64,000 nucleotides of DNA from Candidatus Atelocyanobacterium thalassae (GCA_051971635.1 JBFPLN010000001.1:224001-288000); one strand, 5' to 3'. Positions 23,562 to 34,161 are shown, numbered from the stretch's first letter. Numbers and translations are program-made. Notes: generated from the letters alone by a model not told the origin.

Positions 23562-24965
23562 TCAAATAGATTTTGAAAATGTATTTTCTTTAGTTTTTTT
23601 AAGATATGGATCGAATATTGATGCAATATTTCTTATAAGCCAACGCCCTGAATTAGTTACTTCTATACGTTCATTATATATATTAATCAATCCATCATTT
23701 TCTAAAGGTTTTAAATCCATCAACTCTTGTGCAAAATACTCGTCAAAATTAAAATTTAAATTATACTTTTTCTTAATACGATTTTTATCAAGTTGAGATT
23801 GACACATTAATTCCATGATTATAGAACGACGAATAATATCATCTTGACTAAGAGCGAAACCTTTTTCAATAGGTAAAAGACCTTCCTCTATAGTACGGTA
23901 GTAATCTTTGATTTTTTTATGATTTTGAACATAAACATCATGAAGCATACTGATAGAGGTCATTCCAAAAGAAAGAAGATCAGATTCTGGCTTTGTCGTA
24001 TATCCCTGAAAGTTACGATGTAGATCGCCTTTTTCTTGCGCAATTGATAATTCATCATTTGGTTTGGCAAAATGATCCATGCCTATGTACATGTAATTGT
24101 TATCATTAAACTTATTGATAGCCATCTGTAAAATAGCAAGCTTTTCTGATGCACTTGGCAATTCACTAATGGGAAGATTTTTTTGGGCAGGTTTTATCCA
24201 TGGAATATATGCAAAATTAAATACAGCGATACGATCAGGATTTAACTCTATTGTTTTCTGAATTGTTTTCTCAAAAGTGTGTCGATTTTGGAAAGGTAGA
24301 CCGTAAATTAAATCAACATTTACACTCTCAAACTTTGCTTCTCTTATCCAGTTCATCACTTGAAATAACATCTTTTCAGGCTGAACACGATTGATAACAT
24401 TCTGTACTTTCTCTTCAAAATCTTGAATTCCAAAACTAATACGGTTAAAACCAATATCTCTCAGAAAAAAAATAAGGTTTTTGTCAACATACTTAGGATT
24501 AACTTCAATAGATATTTCTGCATTTTTATCTATGTTAAAGTTATCTTTTAACGTATTAAATAATTGTTCTATTTGAACCTGATTTAAATAATTAGGTGTC
24601 CCTCCGCCCCAATGAATTTGGTTTACCGAACGATTTAACGAAACAAGTTGAGAAGTTTTTTTAATATCATTTACTATATATTCTAAATAGGTAGAAGCAA
24701 CTTTTTTATTTCTTGTAATAATTGTGTTACACCCACAGAAGTAACATGCATTTTCACAAAAAGGAATGTGACAATAAAGAGAAAGTGGGGTTTCTTTCTT
24801 ATTACCTGATTCGAGACCTAATCTAAACTCTTTTTCTCCTGAATTTACCTTTAATTCAGTAGCAGGAGGATAACTTGTGTATCTAGGAAGAGATTTATCA
24901 TACTTTTTAAGTAATTCTTGGTCAAAAATCATGTCTTTTGGTGTTACTTTCATGGTTTTAGTCAC
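23562..24965 (-). CDS. hemN: Oxygen-independent coproporphyrinogen III oxidase (radical SAM)
   Basis: PRYTSYPPA, HIPFCENACYFCGC (CxxxCxxC), HWGGGTP, IGMDHFA, RNFQGY. Exact start uncertain (GTG 24965 or a downstream ATG). Confidence 0.95.
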   Translation of the reverse strand: MTKTMKVTPKDMIFDQELLKKYDKSLPRYTSYPPATELKVNSGEKEFRLGLESGNKKETPLSLYCHIPFCENACYFCGCNTIITRNKKVASTYLEYIVNDIKKTSQLVSLNRSVNQIHWGGGTPNYLNQVQIEQLFNTLKDNFNIDKNAEISIEVNPKYVDKNLIFFLRDIGFNRISFGIQDFEEKVQNVINRVQPEKMLFQVMNWIREAKFESVNVDLIYGLPFQNRHTFEKTIQKTIELNPDRIAVFNFAYIPWIKPAQKNLPISELPSASEKLAILQMAINKFNDNNYMYIGMDHFAKPNDELSIAQEKGDLHRNFQGYTTKPESDLLSFGMTSISMLHDVYVQNHKKIKDYYRTIEEGLLPIEKGFALSQDDIIRRSIIMELMCQSQLDKNRIKKKYNLNFNFDEYFAQELMDLKPLENDGLINIYNERIEVTNSGRWLIRNIASIFDPYLKKTKENTFSKSI

Positions 24966-25632
24966 TTTTTAATGATTAAGATGGTCCGGGAATAATAAGT
25001 TTTAAAAAGAAAATTCAGATAAAAGTCTTGATTTGACGTTTGAACTCTTTTTAACATAAGCAATAGCCTTAAGTTTTTAATTCTTAGTTATCAGATTCTA
25101 AATTGTTATGACACCAATTATTTTCTAGTAAACTAAAAATCTTCTATAAGCAGTTAAGTAAAAGTTTAAGTATCTATATGTCGATCTTAACCTTAAATTT
25201 TTAGGGTTGAGCGTATCACCTAATACATTCATGCTATAGCTACAGATTTCAATACATAAGTAAAGATCGGCGATAGAAAGTTACTTCAGGATATTTAGGT
25301 AGATTAAATTAAGAATATTCTACTTATTATGGAATTTAAGGCTACTACTTTGTAGTGTATTTCAATTCATTTCTATACAGTTATATTATCATTGAATTGT
25401 CAAATATGTTCAAGATTGATATTATCCTAAGCGAGAAAATTGTTATCATTAAAACCTTTATTTTATTCAACAATCAGGAATTTGAAAGTAAAGACTACCA
25501 AATAGTATGCATCTTTTTAAAAAACCACAACTAATCTATAAAAAAACAAATATAGTTCTTTTGTAGATCTAGGGATAGACAAACTACTTTCAACATAAGA
25601 TAATATAGCTATCAAGTTATATAAATATAATT

Positions 25633-26712
25633 ATGGTCACTACTTCAGTTAATCCACACACAAATCAGCTGAAACCTAATACGAAAGAAGTTTCTAAAGA
25701 AACTTTATTGACTCCACGTTTTTACACTACAGATTTTGAAACTGCAGCTACTATTTCTTTAAAGGATCAAGAAATTCAATTGCAAGCAATGTTAACAGAA
25801 ATGCGTAACGATTATAATCGTTATCATTTTGTTCGAGAAGAGAACTGCAAAGACGCTTCTTGGGATCACTTAGATCAAGATACAAGAGAAGGATTTGTTG
25901 AATATTTAGAAAGATCATGTATCTCTGAGTTTTCTGGGTTTCTACTTTTTAAAGAATTATCTAGAAAAATTAAAAAAAGCAATCCTTTAATGGCAGAAAT
26001 CTTTCATTTAATGGCAAGAGATGAAGCACGGCATGCTGGATATCTTAATAAAGCGATGTCCGACTTTAATGTCACATTAGATTTAGGAAAAATAACCAAA
26101 ACAAGAAACTACACTTTCTTTCCTCTAGAATGGGTAATTTATACAGTATATCTATCTGAAAAAATTGGATATTGGCGATATATTATTATCTTTCATCATT
26201 TGCAGAAACATCCTGAAAACAAATTCTACCCAATTTTTGATAAATTTGAGAGTTGGTGTCAAGATGAAAATCGCCATGGAGACATTTTTAATGCTCTATT
26301 ACGTTCACAGCCTAAGCTTTGGAATAATTGGAAAGCAAGGTTATGGAGTCGCTTTTTTCTTTTATCCGTGTTTGTAACACATACTTTAACTGTACATGAA
26401 AGAAGCAAATTCTATATATCTTTAGGAATAAATCCAACAGACTTTGATAAAGAAGTGATTCGTGAAACCAATAATACTTCTGCTAGAGCATTTCCTTCTA
26501 TCTTAGATGTAGAACATCCTGAATTCTACCCTCGTCTAAAAAGATGTTCAGATCGTAACTTACAAATTAAAGCTTTGGCGAATAGTAATAAACCAAAAGT
26601 TGTAAAAGCTTTAAATACGATTCTATTAATTGCTGGTATTGCTGGAGATTTCTTTAAAGCTTTTCTTATTAAACCTATTGATACAGAGTCTTTACGAGGA
26701 AATATTCATTAA
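25633..26712 (+). CDS. acsF: Mg-protoporphyrin IX monomethyl ester oxidative cyclase (AcsF/CycI family; probably the divergent low-O2 paralog)
   Basis: ETLLTPRFYTTDF, EFSGFLL, RDEARHAG, SEKIGYWRY, QDENRHGD di-iron motifs. Confidence 0.95.
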   Translation: MVTTSVNPHTNQLKPNTKEVSKETLLTPRFYTTDFETAATISLKDQEIQLQAMLTEMRNDYNRYHFVREENCKDASWDHLDQDTREGFVEYLERSCISEFSGFLLFKELSRKIKKSNPLMAEIFHLMARDEARHAGYLNKAMSDFNVTLDLGKITKTRNYTFFPLEWVIYTVYLSEKIGYWRYIIIFHHLQKHPENKFYPIFDKFESWCQDENRHGDIFNALLRSQPKLWNNWKARLWSRFFLLSVFVTHTLTVHERSKFYISLGINPTDFDKEVIRETNNTSARAFPSILDVEHPEFYPRLKRCSDRNLQIKALANSNKPKVVKALNTILLIAGIAGDFFKAFLIKPIDTESLRGNIH

Positions 26713-26746
26713 TAATGATTATATGACTCAATTAGATAAGACTATC

Positions 26747-26800
26747 TAACTTCTATTATTATGTTTAAATATTAATATTTAAACATAATAATAGAAGTTA
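26747..26800. repeat. Perfect 54-bp palindrome with no spacer
   Basis: taacttctattattatgtttaaatatt|aatatttaaacataataatagaagtta. Confidence 0.95.
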
Positions 26801-26906
26801 ATAAATATGTTTTTAATATTAGAATATCTTTCATTCTCATATATCATTAATTTTCTCAAGGAATATAAAAATATAACTTTTTCTTAGTTAGTTTTAACTA
26901 AAAACA

Positions 26907-27383
26907 TTACAATATATTGAGTTCAATTTTGTTAAAATTTTCATAATTTATAGATTTTTCAATAACCTTTTTACGAAAATTTTTAAATTCAGGCTTAATA
27001 TCAGAATAAAATAAATGCGATGTACAATTACAATCAGAGGCTCCAAAATTCTCTATGGGAACCTTGAAGAAATTGTGATTAAGCAATAATTGAGCCCATT
27101 GGTGTTCTTGCTTATTCGTGGAAGTGGAATACCAGACCTCTAATGGAATTAGATATTGTCTTAAATAATCAAGATGCCAGTGTTTATTTTTATAAATTTT
27201 TATATGCCTTTGTACTCTTGAGCTTAAACCACCTGACCCAAAAGCACTACCTATATATATATAATAGCCTAAGCTTATTGGATAAATGCCTAATTGACCT
27301 ATTCTGACTGATGTTGAGTTAAAACAAGAAAATAACAGGCAATAAGTCCCTTTTTCGCTAGTTGGTAATAATCCATAACTCAT
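26907..27383 (-). CDS. DUF123 / GIY-YIG (Uri superfamily) nuclease-like protein
   Basis: GTYCL...YIYIGSAFGSGG...RH...HWHLDYL...E...FGASDCNCTSHLF. Confidence 0.85.
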   Translation of the reverse strand: MSYGLLPTSEKGTYCLLFSCFNSTSVRIGQLGIYPISLGYYIYIGSAFGSGGLSSRVQRHIKIYKNKHWHLDYLRQYLIPLEVWYSTSTNKQEHQWAQLLLNHNFFKVPIENFGASDCNCTSHLFYSDIKPEFKNFRKKVIEKSINYENFNKIELNIL

Positions 27384-27433
27384 AATTATAAATATTAAAA
27401 TTTCTTAAAATTAATTAGTTATCTTAAAGTCTT

Positions 27434-29146
27434 CTAAAAAGTAAAAGTTGTTCTAATTGTTCCAATTACCAAATCATCATTAGCATTATCATAATCGGGT
27501 GACGTAATAACAACAATACCAGGAGTGATCTTGACATTGTTGTTAATCGTATATTCATAAAAAGCTTCTAGGTGAAATGAAGTATCTTGATCACTATTCT
27601 TTAACTTTCCAGGTAGGTTAATATTTGATTTAGCAACCCAAGGTTCCATGCCTATGACTATAGCTCCTATCCCACCTTCGATTAATGCATCTGGAAAGGC
27701 TAATGTGACTGCCCAATTCCAAATGTCTAAGTTTCCTCTATCAATAGAATTTTCTGATAATGTTATTGGACCAGTTTTTGTCGTTGTAAATCCTCCCCAA
27801 CCTCCTAAAATAAAATTAGGGGCGACACTCCACATAAATTCTATTCCATAAGCATTATTGACAGTATTTACGCTGGATGAAAATTCTTCGTGAATAAATG
27901 ATTGAAAGTTTGAGAGACGACTTCCTGTCCCGGAATCAAGATTGTTATAGCCATGAACATACGTAAAATCGACAGTAAAGTTTCCGTCAGTCCCATATGG
28001 ATACCATCCTATTTGACCAATAACACCATAAGGACCATTAAACATTCCTGCCTCTAAATCAGGATCATTACCATTCTTCGCTAAATACCCACCACTCCAT
28101 TCAAAAACCTCAAAAACAGTTCCTCGAAATCCTATTCCGGGTCCTCCAGCCATGAAATACAAGGGATTACGGCTACCAAACGAGGTTATTGCTCCGAATG
28201 CTCTATCTCCATCTAAAAAGTTAACTGTTGGTACAAAGTCATCAAATGCTCCACCTACTGGTTCTATAAACATTCTTATATTTTCTGCCAGATTAAATTG
28301 ATAAATAATCAACTGTATAGCTAAGTCAGAATTATCTGGTTGTTGAAAGCCTAGGTCTCCCTCAAATGTATCTGTGATTGTTGCATAAGAAGGAATTGTT
28401 CCAGTAGCAAGACGAGTATAAAGTGAATCATTACCATCAAAGCTAGTATTTAATTCAATTCGTCCTCTATAGCCCAAATTATTAGTATTATGTATATCTT
28501 CAGTCCCTTGCTTTTTTTGCCCACTAGCGATTCCTGTTAAACCTACGACAAATTGTCCACTTAAAGTTGTTGTTGTCGAAAACTGATGGTTTTCTATGTA
28601 AGCTACTCTTTTTTCTAAGTTTGATACTTTAGCACCTAAAATAATTAGTTCTGTTTCAAATTCCTTCATTAGTTGTTTAGATATTTCAATATCTTCTCTT
28701 AAAATTACAGCGTTTTTTCTTAGTAATTTTTCAATTGTATTAAAGCATGTATTTAATCCTGAAGTAAATTCATAACGAGATAAACTGTATCTTCCATTAA
28801 AAATCCTATTTGGATATCCTGAAATACATTCATAACGTTTAATCAATCTTTGTAAGGATTCGTAAGGCCAATCTGCAGGAGATATATCTTCTAATTTTGA
28901 AAGATCAGCAACTTTAGGAGTTAATTCTTTAGAGTTATTAAGAGAATTAAGAAATCCATCACGAAATTTCTGAAGTTTTAGATCTTGTGATGTTTCAGGT
29001 AATGCTTGAGCTGTAGTAGTTGACAAAAAAAATATTAACGCAGCGATGCCAGATGTTTTATACATAGAAAACAAATTAAACATCAGCTTTTTGTACTTCA
29101 TATAGAATGAAGTTTTGCAAAAAAGCAAAGAACAGAAGAACAACAT
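27434..29146 (-). CDS. Cyanobacterial outer-membrane porin (SLH domain plus OprB-type barrel)
   Basis: SLH-like DISPADWPYESLQRLIKRYECISGYP, coiled coil, FSTTTTLSG, terminal IRTTFTF; start codon uncertain. Confidence 0.9.
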   Translation of the reverse strand: MLFFCSLLFCKTSFYMKYKKLMFNLFSMYKTSGIAALIFFLSTTTAQALPETSQDLKLQKFRDGFLNSLNNSKELTPKVADLSKLEDISPADWPYESLQRLIKRYECISGYPNRIFNGRYSLSRYEFTSGLNTCFNTIEKLLRKNAVILREDIEISKQLMKEFETELIILGAKVSNLEKRVAYIENHQFSTTTTLSGQFVVGLTGIASGQKKQGTEDIHNTNNLGYRGRIELNTSFDGNDSLYTRLATGTIPSYATITDTFEGDLGFQQPDNSDLAIQLIIYQFNLAENIRMFIEPVGGAFDDFVPTVNFLDGDRAFGAITSFGSRNPLYFMAGGPGIGFRGTVFEVFEWSGGYLAKNGNDPDLEAGMFNGPYGVIGQIGWYPYGTDGNFTVDFTYVHGYNNLDSGTGSRLSNFQSFIHEEFSSSVNTVNNAYGIEFMWSVAPNFILGGWGGFTTTKTGPITLSENSIDRGNLDIWNWAVTLAFPDALIEGGIGAIVIGMEPWVAKSNINLPGKLKNSDQDTSFHLEAFYEYTINNNVKITPGIVVITSPDYDNANDDLVIGTIRTTFTF

Positions 29147-29593
29147 GATAACTCTATCCCAGGGTGCAGAAATTATAATACTTAACTTAGAGGAGACATA
29201 ATTATAACAATTTTTAGATTTTTTATATCATTAAATAGAGCCAAAGTACTAAGTATAAAATAATAACTTAAATATTTTTATAATCTTGACCATATACTAT
29301 GTTAGTTGTGTCCAACGATTTAAAAATATTTAAATCGTGTGAGAATATTAAGTATAGATATTTACTTAGTCTAAAAGTTCATATTCTTCTTTTAAGATTT
29401 TATTAAATATTTCTTCAAGTATTTTACTTTTTTAAACTAGCAATATCTAGTTTTCTATATTAAGTAATTTATTCTATTATTTTCAAAAATAATCCCTACA
29501 ATATTTAGTTTTACAAGAATACATATAACTTTTTTAATTTGTTAAGTTTAAAAGATTAAATATTAAGCTCACTAAAAGCAAATATTTACAGTA

Positions 29594-30568
29594 TTAGATG
29601 TTTAACAAGCCTTTTTCTTGTAACCATATTTCATTATAAATACGTGATTGATAACGTGCACCACCATCACATAAGACTGTAACAATAGTATGCCCAGGAC
29701 CGAGCTTTTTAGCTAAAGAAACTGCAGCACCTACGTTAATGCCTACTGATCCTCCCATAAATAAACCATCACAAGATAATAATTGATTAATTACTTGAAT
29801 CGCTACATGATCGTTAATTTGTATAGCATCATCTATGGGAGCTCCTTGCATATTAGCAGTAATACGACTATTCCCTATACCTTCTGTTATGGAACTACCT
29901 TCTGATTTTATTTCACCTGTTTTTACATAACTATACAACCCACTGCCCATTGGATCAGCTATTACGCATTTAATCTTGGGATCTTGTTCTTTAAAAAATA
30001 AAGCTGTTCCAGCATAAGTCCCACCTGTTCCTGTCGCTGATACCCAAGCATCTATTTTCCCATCTGTTTGATACCAAATTTCAGGACCTGTTGTCTGATA
30101 ATGCGCTTGACGATTTGCTAAATTATCAAACTGATTAGCCCAAATGGCATTATCCATTTCTTTTGCTATTCTGCCTGAAACTTTAACATAATTTTCTGGA
30201 TTTTTATAAGGGACTGCAGGGACAAGCCTAACTTCTGCTCCTAATGTTTTTAGAAGATCAATTTTTTCTTTTGATTGAGTTTCGGGAATAACAATAATAC
30301 ATTTATATCCTTTAGCATTACAGATATGGGCCAATCCAATACCTGTATTACCTGCAGTCCCTTCAACAACAGTTCCTCCAGGTTTCAGCAATCCTTTATC
30401 CTCCGCATCTTTAATAATATATAAAGCTGCTCTATCTTTAACAGAACCTCCAGGATTAAGAAATTCCGCTTTACCTAAGATATGACATCCTGTTTCTTCG
30501 CTAAAACTGTTAAGTCTAATAAGAGGAGTATTCCCAATAGTATTAATTAAACCTGTCTTAATATCCAT
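29594..30568 (-). CDS. cysK: Cysteine synthase (PLP-dependent)
   Basis: IGNTPLIRL, KAEFLNPGGSVKDR, EGTAGNTGIG, GTGGT, EGIG. Confidence 0.9.
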   Translation of the reverse strand: MDIKTGLINTIGNTPLIRLNSFSEETGCHILGKAEFLNPGGSVKDRAALYIIKDAEDKGLLKPGGTVVEGTAGNTGIGLAHICNAKGYKCIIVIPETQSKEKIDLLKTLGAEVRLVPAVPYKNPENYVKVSGRIAKEMDNAIWANQFDNLANRQAHYQTTGPEIWYQTDGKIDAWVSATGTGGTYAGTALFFKEQDPKIKCVIADPMGSGLYSYVKTGEIKSEGSSITEGIGNSRITANMQGAPIDDAIQINDHVAIQVINQLLSCDGLFMGGSVGINVGAAVSLAKKLGPGHTIVTVLCDGGARYQSRIYNEIWLQEKGLLNI

Positions 30569-30663
30569 AAATTAAAGTGATTAAATAAGTATTTAAAGCA
30601 TTCAGATATGCTACATTATATCCTAATGTTCATTGTAATCTGAATAAAAAAACTGTTGGATAG

Positions 30664-31983
30664 TTAAACCTTATTTAGAATGTTATAAGCATTGGTTAAA
30701 GTTTTAGCATTTCCTAGATTACCAGGAAATAAGATGATGAGTAACCCTGAATATAAAATATTGTTACTTTCTGTTTTTACAATTGAACAACCAGGTAAGA
30801 TTTGTCCTAATAAACGAATAGATTTTAACTTTAAAGCTTTACTTAAAAGAATATTAGAGGTGGTTCCTCCTTTACTAATTAGGAAACTAATATTATCAGG
30901 TAAATTTTGAATAATTTTTGCTAATAAAGACGTAACAAGTATCTCGAAATCAGATCTTTCTTGAAAAGAATTAAAAACTATTTGTTTTCTACTTGTATAG
31001 ATAACAACAGTCTTTCCATCATCATAAATAGCTCTTATTCGTTCAATCAATTTTTTTAGTACTTCACTTTCCCTATTCAGATATCTTTGTAATTGTTTAA
31101 GATTAATTTCAAGTCCTGATATATTATGTTGCTGTAATAAATCGTTTAATTGTTCAGTTGTCTTCTTTGCATATGAGCCAACTAGAATAACACCTGGATT
31201 TCTTTGAGACCTATATTGTTTTACATCTTCAGCTGTTAATAACTGTTTACTAGTTTTAGTTAATGAAGTTAGCATACTTGCAGCACCACAAAATAAAAAC
31301 TTTTTACCAAGTTTTAATGCTGCTTGCAAATCTCTAAAAAAGTAGTCTAAATCTAATTGAGATTCTGCATCAACTACAACACAACAGTCATTATTTAACT
31401 CTATCAACTTATCTAGACTACCTTCACGAATATCTTCTAACAAAAGTCGTTTTATATCGTTCGCTTTAAATAAGCCCTCTGTTTTTTCTTCAATGTAATA
31501 AGGTAAGTAGCTATGGGAATAACTAAAAATAGAATCTCTAGAAAATTCTGTCTTATGAACTGGACATAAAGAAACTTTATCGTCTAAGTATTGTATGCTA
31601 TTGATGGTTTTTTTCCCTCCCTCGAAAAAAGCAGGAATGAAAAAATGAGCATCAAATTTACCAAACTTGTCAGAAATAATTTTCATTTCTAAAGGATAGT
31701 GTCCACGAAGAGTAGAGTCGAAGCGACTATAAATTAAAAATTCTGTTATATTTTCACTCTCAAGAGCAATTTTTAAATTATGACAAACTTGTTGAGTAAC
31801 CTTTTTTGCTTTTTCTGAAATTAGTGCTCTTGTATTCGTTATTATGAAGATTATAGGAGACTTATCTCTCAATCCTGATCTAATTGTCTCTATATCCCAT
31901 TCCACTAGTAACAAGCAGTTACTCACAGTTTGTGAACCAGTAGGATCATCATCTAAAACAATAATTTTTGATATATCAACCAT
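30664..31983 (-). CDS. Four-carbon acid sugar kinase family protein (DUF1537)
   Basis: KIIVLDDDPTGSQTV, TNTR, DSTLRGH, PAFFEGG, SKGGTTS, FPGNLG. Confidence 0.88.
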   Translation of the reverse strand: MVDISKIIVLDDDPTGSQTVSNCLLLVEWDIETIRSGLRDKSPIIFIITNTRALISEKAKKVTQQVCHNLKIALESENITEFLIYSRFDSTLRGHYPLEMKIISDKFGKFDAHFFIPAFFEGGKKTINSIQYLDDKVSLCPVHKTEFSRDSIFSYSHSYLPYYIEEKTEGLFKANDIKRLLLEDIREGSLDKLIELNNDCCVVVDAESQLDLDYFFRDLQAALKLGKKFLFCGAASMLTSLTKTSKQLLTAEDVKQYRSQRNPGVILVGSYAKKTTEQLNDLLQQHNISGLEINLKQLQRYLNRESEVLKKLIERIRAIYDDGKTVVIYTSRKQIVFNSFQERSDFEILVTSLLAKIIQNLPDNISFLISKGGTTSNILLSKALKLKSIRLLGQILPGCSIVKTESNNILYSGLLIILFPGNLGNAKTLTNAYNILNKV

Positions 31984-32020
31984 ATTTATATCTATGGTAA
32001 ATAGTATTATTAATGAATTA

Positions 32021-32052
32021 CGGCGAAGCTTGTCTATATGAATGCTTCGCCG
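32021..32052 (-). terminator. GC-rich hairpin downstream of rpmI-rplT
   Basis: cggcgaagc...gcttcgccg, 9-bp stem about 50 nt after the rplT stop. Confidence 0.55.
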
Positions 32053-32103
32053 ATATGAATCTATTCAGAAACATTCTTGACCTTTCATTCAATGGATTCT
32101 TAA

Positions 32104-32457
32104 TTACTTGATAGTTTTGGCGGCTTCTACCACTTCAGTAAATGCTTCAGAATCAACAATTGCTAAATGAGCTAACATTTTTCGATTAATGTTAATACTA
32201 GATTTTTTCATAAGGCCAACTAATTTGCTGTAACTTATTCCATTTTGTCTAGCAGCTGCATTAATGCGTGTAATCCATAATCTACGAAAGTCTCGTTTAC
32301 GCTTACGGCGATCTCTATAAGCATTTCGTAAAGCTTTCATCACCTGCTGATTAGCAATACGAAATAACCGAGAATGACTTCCTCTAAATCCTTTGGCAAG
32401 TTTAAGAATTTTTTTCCGACGCTTACGGGCAACATTGCCCCGTTTTACCCTTGTCAT
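32104..32457 (-). CDS. rplT: 50S ribosomal protein L20
   Basis: [40 protein letters not shown]. Confidence 0.98.
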   Translation of the reverse strand: MTRVKRGNVARKRRKKILKLAKGFRGSHSRLFRIANQQVMKALRNAYRDRRKRKRDFRRLWITRINAAARQNGISYSKLVGLMKKSSININRKMLAHLAIVDSEAFTEVVEAAKTIK

Positions 32458-32498
32458 AGTTCAGCTTTAAGTGTTTTATATATTTGATATCAATTTGT

Positions 32499-32702
32499 TT
32501 ATAGATAAGGTAACATCAGCCGAACATTCGCTTCGTCTTGCTCACTTACTAAAGTGCTATGAGATAGACGACGACGTTTTTGTTCAGAACTCTTGTGATT
32601 TAACAGATGGTTCTTATAGGCTTTGCGCCTAACAATTTTTTTACCGCTTCCTGTTACCCGAAAACGCTTGGCAGCAGCTTTACGCGTTTTTAGTTTTGGC
32701 AT
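32499..32702 (-). CDS. rpmI: 50S ribosomal protein L35
   Basis: [14 protein letters not shown]; upstream of rplT. Confidence 0.98.
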   Translation of the reverse strand: MPKLKTRKAAAKRFRVTGSGKKIVRRKAYKNHLLNHKSSEQKRRRLSHSTLVSEQDEANVRLMLPYL

Positions 32703-33026
32703 AAATTTCGTAGAATTAAAAGATGCTTAACTAGCATAACATTAACTAATCAATAAACGCAAAAATTCAATAGGAAAATTTTATAAGATACTTTTTATGA
32801 TGACTGTAATTTTTTGTATTAGCTGACGACTCTTCACAAAAATCTTATTATTATATTCTTTAACATAAACAATTATAGATACTTATTAAAGCTATGCCTC
32901 ATTCATTAATTAAGAATATAAAGTAATTATAGCCAATATTTCAACTTCATTAATTGTTATAATTATAGCTTTACTCTTTAAAATAGAAAAATAGATACTT
33001 TGCAAATTGTTATGACTTGAAATAAG

Positions 33027-33099
33027 TGGAGCTAAGCGGATTCGAACCGCTGACTTTCACAATGCCATTGTGACACTCTACCAACTGAGTTATAGCCCC
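33027..33099 (-). tRNA. tRNA-Ala(GGC)
   Basis: Minus strand GGGGCTATAACTCAGTTGGTAGAGTGTCACAATGGCATTGTGAAAGTCAGCGGTTCGAATCCGCTTAGCTCCA: cloverleaf, G3:U70 Ala determinant, GGC anticodon, GTTCGA T-loop; CCA tail not encoded. Confidence 0.97.
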
Positions 33100-33296
33100 T
33101 TTTGTGATTTGTACTATATTTGTGAGTTAATTTAACTCCAGTACTAATAATGCAATGATTAGTACTATTTCGTCAAGCACCTAATCCCAAAATTCATGTA
33201 GAATTCCAATATCATATTGTATTGATAATAAAATTAATCTATCATACTTCTAAACTAGAATGTTAGATAACAATTACAAAAAAATCATATAAAAAA

Positions 33297-33929
33297 ATGG
33301 CATCTTATGTAACCTCGTCTGCCAGAGCAGAAATGAGTGAATTAAGGCGTTTGAGGACGCTATTACCGCTTGAATTACAAAACTGGGTCATGATAGAAGG
33401 GAGTACCGAAATTAATCCTCCTCTTATTCGATGTGAAGAACTCGGAAGAGATGAGGTTGAAATTCAGGTTGATTTAGCTAAATGGGAAAGCCTAGCTATA
33501 GATCAGCGAAACTTATTATTCTGGCAAGCAGTTGCTCGTATTCAAAATGATACTATCCCTCGAGAGGGATGGGAAATGGCAGCTTTAGCTATTGGACTAG
33601 GAGGAGCTGTAGGCGAACTCTGGGTTCAAGATGCTTTATTACTTATTCTAGCTATAGGTCTATGTGGTATTTCTGGTTATAGATTATGGCAAAAAAATAA
33701 TGGGGGACGTAAACTCAAAGAATCTATCGAAGCAGATGAAAAAGCAATAGTTTTAGCAACACGCTTTGACTATACACTCCAGAACGCTTATAAAAGTTTA
33801 GGTAGTGCTTTTAAAACACTTATTGAACAAACTCCGAACCGTCGTCAGCGGAAAGAATATGAATCACGACTACAAGCTTTAAGACGTAGTGCAAGTAAAG
33901 CGAAAGAAAAAATGCAAAGAGAAAAATAA
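33297..33929 (+). CDS. DUF3318-like conserved cyanobacterial membrane protein
   Basis: ELRRLRTLLP, DQRNLLFW, GWEMAALAIGLGGAVGELWVQD. Confidence 0.8.
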   Translation: MASYVTSSARAEMSELRRLRTLLPLELQNWVMIEGSTEINPPLIRCEELGRDEVEIQVDLAKWESLAIDQRNLLFWQAVARIQNDTIPREGWEMAALAIGLGGAVGELWVQDALLLILAIGLCGISGYRLWQKNNGGRKLKESIEADEKAIVLATRFDYTLQNAYKSLGSAFKTLIEQTPNRRQRKEYESRLQALRRSASKAKEKMQREK

Positions 33930-34028
33930 TGATAATAAATTAATTTTTAATTAGTATAGTTAATAGAATCTTAAATAGTAGAGTTAGTAAATCTGAATTA
34001 AAAATTATTGATTTATTTTAGTGCAGTT

Positions 34029-34082
34029 ATTTAAAAAGAAAGAGGGACAATTTATATAAATTGTCCCTCTTTCTTTTTAAAT
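34029..34082. repeat. Perfect 54-bp palindrome with no spacer
   Basis: atttaaaaagaaagagggacaatttat|ataaattgtccctctttctttttaaat between the convergent DUF3318 gene and glnA. Confidence 0.95.
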
Positions 34083-34161
34083 TTCTCTTAATAACTTTTA
34101 TAGTTTCTAAAAATAAGAAGCAAGAACACCGTCATATAAATGGCATCTTGTAAAGGATTAA

